From assembly GCA_051884155.1 (NCBI GenBank), contig JBJEVB010000008.1, forward strand, positions 5,745 through 69,744: a DNA stretch of 64,000 bases. Direction: 5' to 3'. This DNA is from Candidatus Coproplasma sp. GTDB lineage: Bacteria; Bacillota; Clostridia; Christensenellales; Borkfalkiaceae. Shown piece by piece: positions 57,391-64,000 of this stretch. Numbering within the stretch: the stretch's first letter is position 1; each line of letters begins with the position of its first letter. The translations under genes and the position numbers were made by a program. The notes beneath the pieces were generated by a model. That model worked only from the letters and a program-made list of their open reading frames with translations, was not told the DNA's origin and did no database searches.

Positions 57391-58527
57391 TTAATCTTCT
57401 ACCTTTAAGCCCCAACACCTGAACGTCTTAGAATAGAGCACTTCAAAATTCTTCCACAAATTCTGAACGTGCCTGTTTTGTTCAAGTTCGGGACCTGCTT
57501 CTAAGTACTTGACGTTATTTTTTATTAAGCCTTCGATACAGTGGGTTAAAATCAATGCAGGAAGTCCCTTATTTGAATGCGCCTTTGCAATTGCGATATG
57601 TAACAGGTCTACCACTTCAGGGTGGCTCATAGTCTTTATAAGGGGGATAATACCGCCGGGAATGATATGCCCCTTGCCCTTCTGCATAACTTCCTTCATT
57701 GAAGGAATCATATATCCGTACGCAACGACCTTATCGTTTTGCGTTACGACGGTTGCAAACTCGGGGACTAAGATAGAAAGCATAGTCTTCATAAGTCTGC
57801 GCTTCTGCTTTTCGTTAGTAGGGCTTGTGCCGTACAAATCTTCAAACGCTTCGTCCATAACTTCAAGCGCCTGCATAACGTACTCTTCCAGCTTCTTTTT
57901 GTCGTGCTTAGCAAGATAGCCCACGTCTAATATTTCATAGCCGTACTTTTCCATTACGTCCTTTGCAAGCTTTTGCATTCTCGGGTCGATTGAAGTAGGC
58001 GAAACAATGCGGAAGGCGTTCCAGTCAACCACCTTGTACGCGCCGAGCTTTTCCATATGCTCTATATAGTAGGGATAGTTGTAAATCTCTATGTAGTTGC
58101 TATCCTTGTCGAAACCGTCGATGAGCATACCTTCTTCGTTTAAATCGGAGAAGCTCATAGGTCCGATAATCTCGTTCATACCCAGCTCTTTTGCCCACTC
58201 GTAGAGCTTTGCAAACAGGGCTTTTGTCACTTCGAAATCGTCGATGACGTCGAAACGGGTAAAGCGAAGCTGTTTATAGCCGAACTTTTCGTTTACGCCC
58301 TTATGCCAGATGCCTGCAATCCTTCCTGCAAGCTTGCCGTCCTTATAGGCTAAGAACATCTTGCACTCTGCAAAGCGGAACGCGTCGTTGACTTCGGGGT
58401 CGAACTCGGCAAATTCGTCGGCGTACATATTAGGGCAAGCGTGGGGGTTGCCCTTGTATAAATCGAAAATAAATTTGAAAAACTTCTTCTTATCTCTCTT
58501 AGAAGATATTTCCTTAACTTCTATCAT
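57391..58527 (-). CDS. GNAT-like acyltransferase-fold protein, paralogue 2
   Basis: MIEVKEISSKRDKKKFFKF... is highly similar along its full length to the upstream gene. ATG 58527 is preferred over the ORF-track start at 58620. Confidence 0.6.
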   Translation of the reverse strand: MIEVKEISSKRDKKKFFKFIFDLYKGNPHACPNMYADEFAEFDPEVNDAFRFAECKMFLAYKDGKLAGRIAGIWHKGVNEKFGYKQLRFTRFDVIDDFEVTKALFAKLYEWAKELGMNEIIGPMSFSDLNEEGMLIDGFDKDSNYIEIYNYPYYIEHMEKLGAYKVVDWNAFRIVSPTSIDPRMQKLAKDVMEKYGYEILDVGYLAKHDKKKLEEYVMQALEVMDEAFEDLYGTSPTNEKQKRRLMKTMLSILVPEFATVVTQNDKVVAYGYMIPSMKEVMQKGKGHIIPGGIIPLIKTMSHPEVVDLLHIAIAKAHSNKGLPALILTHCIEGLIKNNVKYLEAGPELEQNRHVQNLWKNFEVLYSKTFRCWGLKVED

Positions 58528-58556
58528 TTGTCTTTTTTTCTCTCTATTAATTAAAA

Positions 58557-59690
58557 CTATTTGACTTCCAAACCCCAGCAACGGTGCTTTTTTGCAATCT
58601 CTCTCTCGAAATCCTTCCAAAGGTTTTGAACGTTGTTGTTGTACTCAAGCTCGGGACCCGTCTCCAGATATTTAACGCCAAGCTTTTTAAGTCCGTGCAA
58701 GCACTCGCTCATAATAATCGCAACCGTGCCCTTGTTTGCGTGGTCTTTAGCAACGCCGATACTCATCATTTCCGCAACTTCGACGTGCTTCATTGCCTTG
58801 ATATAGGGTATTATTCCCAAGGGGAAGATATACCCCTTTCCCTTTTGCATAACGTCCTTTATGCAGGGCATCATGAAGCCGTACGCTACGACCTTATCGT
58901 CCTTTAATACTACGCAAGCAAGCTCGGGAACGAGAATGGTCAAAATAGTGTCCATCTCTCTCTTCTTCTGTTTTTCGTTTATAGGGCTCGTGCCGTATAA
59001 ATCTTCAAACGCTTCGTCCAATACGTCCAAAGCCTGCATTATGTATTTTTTTAATTTTTCCTTGTCGTGCTTGACGAGATACGCGACGTCGACCGTCTCG
59101 TAACCGCCGCGCTTTTTAACGGCGGCGGCAAGCCTGTCTAACCTTTCGTCGCAAGTTTCAGGCACTTTAATACGGTAACAATTCCAGTCCACCACCTTGT
59201 ATGCGCCGAGCTTTTGCATATGCTCTACGTAATAGGGTGCGTTGTAGATTTCTATGTAGGTGCTGTCCCTGTCGAAACCTTCTATAAGCATTCCTTCTTC
59301 GTTTAAATCGGAAAAGCTCATAGGTCCGATAATCTCTTCCATACCTAACTCTTTCGCCCATTCGTAGAGCCTTGCAAACAGAGCCTTAGTAACTTCGAAA
59401 TCGTCAATTACGTCGAAACGGGTGAAGCGCAGTTGCTTTTTGCCCGTCTTTTCGTTTACGCCCTTGTGCCAGATAGCGGCAATGCGCCCTGCGATTTTGC
59501 CGTCCTTATAGGCTAAAAACATCTTGCACTCTGCAAAACGGAACGCGTCGTTGACTTCGGGGTCGAACTCGGCAAATTCGTCCATATACAGATTGCAGTA
59601 CGCGTGGGGATTTTTCCCGTAGAGCGTGCGCTGAAATTTGAAAAACTTCTTTTGCTCTCTTTTAGAGTGTATTTCCTTAACTTCTATCAT
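58557..59690 (-). CDS. GNAT-like acyltransferase-fold protein, paralogue 1
   Basis: Tandem duplicate of 57391-58527. Its start overlaps the degV stop. Confidence 0.6.
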   Translation of the reverse strand: MIEVKEIHSKREQKKFFKFQRTLYGKNPHAYCNLYMDEFAEFDPEVNDAFRFAECKMFLAYKDGKIAGRIAAIWHKGVNEKTGKKQLRFTRFDVIDDFEVTKALFARLYEWAKELGMEEIIGPMSFSDLNEEGMLIEGFDRDSTYIEIYNAPYYVEHMQKLGAYKVVDWNCYRIKVPETCDERLDRLAAAVKKRGGYETVDVAYLVKHDKEKLKKYIMQALDVLDEAFEDLYGTSPINEKQKKREMDTILTILVPELACVVLKDDKVVAYGFMMPCIKDVMQKGKGYIFPLGIIPYIKAMKHVEVAEMMSIGVAKDHANKGTVAIIMSECLHGLKKLGVKYLETGPELEYNNNVQNLWKDFEREIAKKHRCWGLEVK

Positions 59691-60571
59691 TATTCTTTCT
59701 CCAAGGGGATAGGGCGTTTATCGCCTATAAATATTACGCCGAGCGTGCCGGGTCCGCAATGCGTGCCGATAACGGGACCTATTATCTGACGGACGATATT
59801 TGCGTCGGGGCGTTTTTCCTTGATGAGAGCTGCAAGCTCGTCGCCGTCGTCTTTGCAGTCCGCGTCTAAAACGTATACGGGATAAGCGGTATCGGTAAGC
59901 CCGTCTATGACCTTTTGAGCAAGCGAACGGATAGCCTTTCTCTTACCGGACGCCTTTTCAAACACGCTCAGTCCGCCCTTCTCGTTGACGGTTAAGATGG
60001 GCTTTATGCTGAGTATCGTACCTGCAACCGCCGATACGGCAGAGAGCCTGCCGCCCCTTTTTAAGTGCATTAAGTCGTCCACCGAGAAGTAAACGCAGAC
60101 CTTGTTGGTAAAGTCCTTTAAAAACTCTACTATTTCTTCGTCGGTCGCGCCCTGCTGTTTTTTCTCAGCCGCCGCAAGCATTTGAATACCTGCGCCGAGC
60201 GAGATAGACTTAGTGTCGAACACGGTGCATTTTCTTTCGGGGAACTGCTCTTTAAGCTCTACTAACGCAGCGTTAAGCTGATTGAAGGTGCCACTCATTG
60301 CGTGGGAAAAGCTGATATATAATACGTCTTCCCCCGCCTTGAAATAGGGCGTTAAAATATCCTTGTAGTTTTCGGGGTTCAACGCCATAGTTTTAGGCAC
60401 GTTGCCCGCCCTTACCGCCGAATAAAAAGCGGCAAAATCGGTGTGTTCGCCAAGGTCGTAGCTATACTCCTTATCGCAGTAGCAATAGGGCATGGATATG
60501 TAATCCATACCGAGCTCTTTAACCTTATCAAACCAGAGCTCGCCGTTGCTGTCGCATAATAAAATACTCAT
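59690..60571 (-). CDS. degV: DegV-family fatty-acid-binding protein
   Basis: SGTFNQ, HLKRGGRLS and IGPVIGTHCGPG blocks. Confidence 0.9.
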   Translation of the reverse strand: MSILLCDSNGELWFDKVKELGMDYISMPYCYCDKEYSYDLGEHTDFAAFYSAVRAGNVPKTMALNPENYKDILTPYFKAGEDVLYISFSHAMSGTFNQLNAALVELKEQFPERKCTVFDTKSISLGAGIQMLAAAEKKQQGATDEEIVEFLKDFTNKVCVYFSVDDLMHLKRGGRLSAVSAVAGTILSIKPILTVNEKGGLSVFEKASGKRKAIRSLAQKVIDGLTDTAYPVYVLDADCKDDGDELAALIKEKRPDANIVRQIIGPVIGTHCGPGTLGVIFIGDKRPIPLEKE

Positions 60572-60665
60572 ACTTTTTCTCTCTTAAAATACTCTTTTTT
60601 AACCAAGCCGAAAGGGCTTTGTTCAGTTAATTTTGCAGCTTACCCGATTATAAGAAAAATATGGT

Positions 60666-60708
60666 AAACCTATAGGTTTATGATATCATTTTAGCTAATA
60701 TATGTCAA
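60666..60708 (-). promoter_or_regulatory. degV-operon promoter with adjacent 14-bp palindrome
   Basis: TTGACA-17 nt-TATCAT on the - strand (60680-60708), directly followed by AAACCTATAGGTTT (60666-60679). Confidence 0.6.
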
Positions 60709-60830
60709 CAATTTTTATTACATTTTGCCGCCAGCGCCATTCGTACACCGAGATTTCACATAAAAAACGGCAATAAAGACAATTGCTAAAAATACTCGGG
60801 GAAACGGCGTGACTTAACCATTAAATTATG

Positions 60831-60857
60831 TGATACAAAATACTATATTTTGTATCA
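60831..60857. promoter_or_regulatory. Perfect 12-bp-arm palindrome
   Basis: TGATACAAAATA-cta-TATTTTGTATCA. Confidence 0.5.
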
Positions 60858-60938
60858 TAAAAATACAGCCGATTAAACGGCAATAATAACAAATTATCTT
60901 ACTCAAAATTACGCTTTGAAAAGCTGTTTTTTGGCAAT

Positions 60939-60964
60939 CAAAAAGCGGTGCAGACGGCACCGCT
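60939..60964 (-). terminator. Intrinsic terminator after metH
   Basis: GCGGTGC/GCACCGC stem followed by U5 on the - strand. Confidence 0.7.
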
Positions 60965-60995
60965 TAAGCAGCTTTATAAGTTATTGCTTTACAAG

Positions 60996-63365
60996 TTATT
61001 TTGTCAAACCGCCTTCGACTTCTTCGGCAAAGCGAACGGTCTGCATAGCGTCCTTGCAGTACCTGTCCGCGCCGATTTGCTCGGCGTATTCTCTATTTAA
61101 AACCGCACCGCCGACGCAGATTAGAACGGAAGGACACTCTTTTTTCAACAGCTCTATCGTCTCCTTCATAGAGACGACGGTAGTAGTCATAAGCGCGGAT
61201 AAGCCCACGACCTGTGCGCCCACTTCTTTAACCTTTGCAACCACCGTTTCGGGGGGTACGTCTTTACCCAAGTCGTACACCTTAAAGCCGTAGTTAGATA
61301 AGAGAGTTGAAACGATATTTTTGCCGATATCGTGAATATCGCCCTTGACCGTCGCGAGTACGATTTTAGTATTTTTTGCGTTCTCGTTCGAAGAGAGCCT
61401 TTCCTTAACTTTATCGAAAGCCGCCCTTGCCGCTTCCGCACTCATTAAAAGCTGCGGCAGGAAAATCGTCTTATTTTCAAAGCCTGCGCCCACTTCGTCT
61501 AAGGCAGGGATAATTTCGCAATTTACGACTTCCATAGGCGAGAGAGTTGCCAAAAGCTTTTCCGCCGCGCTCGCCGCTTCGTCCTTAAGCCCCTTTATAA
61601 CGCAGTACTTCAAGTCCTTATCGGTCTGCGCTTTTTGTGCGGCAGGCTGAGCCTGTCCGTTTGCAAACGCAATATAGCCTTCGAAATTTTTATCCTTACC
61701 CGTAAGCGCAAGGAAGGACTTGTACGTCTTGTTCATCTCCTGCGAGTAGGGGTTATAGATTGCCGCCGAAAGTCCGCTAGTCAGCGCCATACTAAAGAAG
61801 GTGGAATTTATAAAGTCCCTTTGGGGAAGCCCGAAGGATATGTTTGAAACGCCCAACGACGTGTGACAGCCGAGCGTATAGCGGATTGCCTTTAACGCGT
61901 CGAGCGCTGCATTCGCCGCGGTGGGGTCAGCCGATACAGCCATTGCAAGCGTATCGAAAATAAGCCTTTCTTTTTCAATGCCGTATTCCTTTGCAACGGA
62001 TATAATCTTTTTGGCAATCTCAATTCTGCCTTCAGCAGTAGAAGGGATTCCCGTCTCGTCGAGCGTTAAGCAGATTACACAGCCGCCGTACTTTTTAACG
62101 AGCGGAAAGACGGCTTGCATACTCTCTTTCTTGCCGTTTACCGAATTGATTATCGCAACGCCGTTGTATATACGCATAGCGTTTTCCATAGCCTTGAACG
62201 ACGACGTGTCTATCTGCAAGGGCAGGTTGGTGACCGCCTGAATTTCTTCTATGCAACGGGGTAAAATCTCTTCTTCGTTAATTTCAGGCAAGCCCACGTT
62301 TACGTCCAACGCGTGCGCACCGTTTTCCGACTGGGCAACCGCTTCGCCTAAGATATACGCTATATCGTTTTCCCTTAGCGCTTCCTTTAGTTTTTTCTTA
62401 CCCGTAGGGTTAATTCGTTCGCCTATAAGTACGGGGGTATCGCCAAAATACAGCGCGTGAGTGTACGACGAGCAGACGGTTAAACGCTTATCCGTCGGCT
62501 TTTTGAACTCTACGCCATTTAATTTTTGCGTTAGTTCAAGGATATATCGGGGTGTAGTGCCGCAACAGCCGCCTAAAACGGTTGCGCCCATTTCCGCTAA
62601 AACGCGCATATCACGCGCGAAATCTTCGGCGGAAAGCGAATAGGTCGTCTTGCCGTCTCTCTCTTCGGGCAAGCCTGCGTTGGGCTTGATAATTATGGGC
62701 GTCGACGAAGCCTTTAACATTCTTTCCACAACTTGAGTAAGCTCTGCAGGGGCGAGCGAACAGTTTACGCCGAGCGCGTCTACCCCCAACCCTTCCAAAA
62801 GGGCGACGGCAGCTTCGGGCGTGCCGCCCGACATGGTAAGGCAATCTCTGCCGAACACTACGCTTGCAAACACGGGCAAATCACAGCACTCTTTTGCGGC
62901 GAGAACGGCGGCCTTAAGCTCGTACAAGTCGTTCATAGTTTCAACGAAGATAATATCCGCACCTGCAGCAACGCCTGATTTAATCGTGCGCTTAAAAATC
63001 TCTACCGCACTTTCAAATTCAAGGTCGCCAAGCGGCTTTAACAGCCTGCCCGTAGGACCGACGTCCAACGCGACGAAAGCTTCCTTAAAGTCCTTTGCCG
63101 CACTCTTTGCATTCTGTACTGCGGCGGCGACCACTTCTTCCGTTCTGTCGCCAAACTTTAAGCAGTTTGCACCAAAGGTGTTGGCGCAGATTACGTTTGA
63201 ACCCGCCTTTAAATAGTCGGTATGCACCTTAATAACTTTTTCAGGGTGGGTCAGATTCCACTCTTCGGGCAGAGTACCCAAAGGCAGACCTGCCGCCTGA
63301 AGCTGAGTACCCATACCGCCGTCTAATATTATTATTGAGTTTTTTAACTTCTCTTTAATGCTCAT
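60996..63365 (-). CDS. metH: Methionine synthase core (Hcy-binding, pterin-binding and B12-binding modules; no activation domain)
   Basis: ILDGGMGTQL, DVNVGLP, and the B12 motif GDIHDIGKN. Confidence 0.9.
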   Translation of the reverse strand: MSIKEKLKNSIIILDGGMGTQLQAAGLPLGTLPEEWNLTHPEKVIKVHTDYLKAGSNVICANTFGANCLKFGDRTEEVVAAAVQNAKSAAKDFKEAFVALDVGPTGRLLKPLGDLEFESAVEIFKRTIKSGVAAGADIIFVETMNDLYELKAAVLAAKECCDLPVFASVVFGRDCLTMSGGTPEAAVALLEGLGVDALGVNCSLAPAELTQVVERMLKASSTPIIIKPNAGLPEERDGKTTYSLSAEDFARDMRVLAEMGATVLGGCCGTTPRYILELTQKLNGVEFKKPTDKRLTVCSSYTHALYFGDTPVLIGERINPTGKKKLKEALRENDIAYILGEAVAQSENGAHALDVNVGLPEINEEEILPRCIEEIQAVTNLPLQIDTSSFKAMENAMRIYNGVAIINSVNGKKESMQAVFPLVKKYGGCVICLTLDETGIPSTAEGRIEIAKKIISVAKEYGIEKERLIFDTLAMAVSADPTAANAALDALKAIRYTLGCHTSLGVSNISFGLPQRDFINSTFFSMALTSGLSAAIYNPYSQEMNKTYKSFLALTGKDKNFEGYIAFANGQAQPAAQKAQTDKDLKYCVIKGLKDEAASAAEKLLATLSPMEVVNCEIIPALDEVGAGFENKTIFLPQLLMSAEAARAAFDKVKERLSSNENAKNTKIVLATVKGDIHDIGKNIVSTLLSNYGFKVYDLGKDVPPETVVAKVKEVGAQVVGLSALMTTTVVSMKETIELLKKECPSVLICVGGAVLNREYAEQIGADRYCKDAMQTVRFAEEVEGGLTK

Positions 63366-63955
63366 AAATCTTTAATGCCCACCATTGCCGTAACCGATTT
63401 CGTCGGCGTCATAAAATAGTCCTGCGATAGGGTTATGCCCAACCGCTTAGTTATAAAGAGCGCATCGAAAATTTTGCGCTGTAGGCTTATGTCGCAGTCG
63501 CCGAACCCACAGGAAAAACGAGACGGATTGACGTTGTATTTTTCTTTAAGTTTAGCGCAGATTTCGTCGCACCAGCTTTCGATTAAAGCCGCGCCCATAG
63601 CCTGCAAAACCGCCGCCTTTGACGGGGAAATTTTTGAGTACTTGACGATAAGCCTGTCCACTCCTGCGCCTGCGGTCGCCGCGAACAACGCCACGCGCGA
63701 ACAACCCTTTAAGTTTAGTCCGAGCGAATGGCTTTTTATCTTTGCATAGCCCAAATCAAGCTCGTCGCCGTCGGCAGAAAAATCGTAGACGTCGTATACA
63801 GCCTTTAAGTCCTGAACCTGCAAAATAAGCCTTTCGCACTCGTCGAAGAGCGCCGCCACTTCTTTAGTAGGCGCACTTCCCTTCGTGTAGCCGAGATAGT
63901 ACTGCGTCTCGATTCGGTCTATAGAGTTTAATCTGGTCGATAAAAACGTCGTCAT
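63362..63955 (-). CDS. Stand-alone methionine synthase activation-domain-like protein
   Basis: 197 aa, start-stop overlap with metH. This is the split arrangement known from Clostridia and Thermotoga. Confidence 0.7.
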   Translation of the reverse strand: MTTFLSTRLNSIDRIETQYYLGYTKGSAPTKEVAALFDECERLILQVQDLKAVYDVYDFSADGDELDLGYAKIKSHSLGLNLKGCSRVALFAATAGAGVDRLIVKYSKISPSKAAVLQAMGAALIESWCDEICAKLKEKYNVNPSRFSCGFGDCDISLQRKIFDALFITKRLGITLSQDYFMTPTKSVTAMVGIKDL

Positions 63956-64000
63956 ATAATGCTTGAAAGATTTGCCTTAATTGACGCGGCAACTTCGGGC

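Overview
The window looks like chromosome from an anaerobic Bacillota (Clostridia-like) organism. This is a guess from gene content and synteny; no search was run. Most of it is ordinary housekeeping DNA on both strands: obg-yhbY-nadD/yqeK-rsfS, rho, tyrA, pgk-tpiA-gpmI, secG-rnr-smpB, metY-metA, rpoB-rpoC, ispDF-radA, rubrerythrin, a CNNM/CorC transporter, a degV lipid cluster and a split metH. I saw no rRNA, tRNA, tmRNA or CRISPR array. The main finding is a ~13.3-kb island at 42604-55926. It is visibly more AT-rich than its flanks (not computed), and all of its ~20 ORFs read on the + strand while both flanking host genes are on the - strand. A perfect 16-bp direct repeat bounds it inside an intergenic spacer. 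It encodes an HUH rolling-circle Rep, an IS30-family DDE transposase, a SprT-like protease, a polytopic-membrane P-loop NTPase with Zot/pI-like motifs, and a run of membrane-anchored or secreted proteins. It also carries three paralogous - strand small-RNA genes with canonical promoters and intrinsic terminators, plus two families of repeated hairpin/palindrome motifs. It has no recognisable capsid, terminase, tail, tyrosine/serine recombinase or conjugation gene. I read it as an integrated ssDNA element (filamentous inovirus/plectrovirus-like, or pleomorphic membrane-virus-like) of a type I cannot match to a described family. Smaller observations: a decayed Sir2/CobB gene, a repeated 3' element with a compensatory hairpin change, an RpoB with a long acidic tail, a frame-split small Cys-rich ORF, and several orphan structured leaders. 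All calls come from reading the sequence and the ORF track; RNA ends and start codons are approximate.
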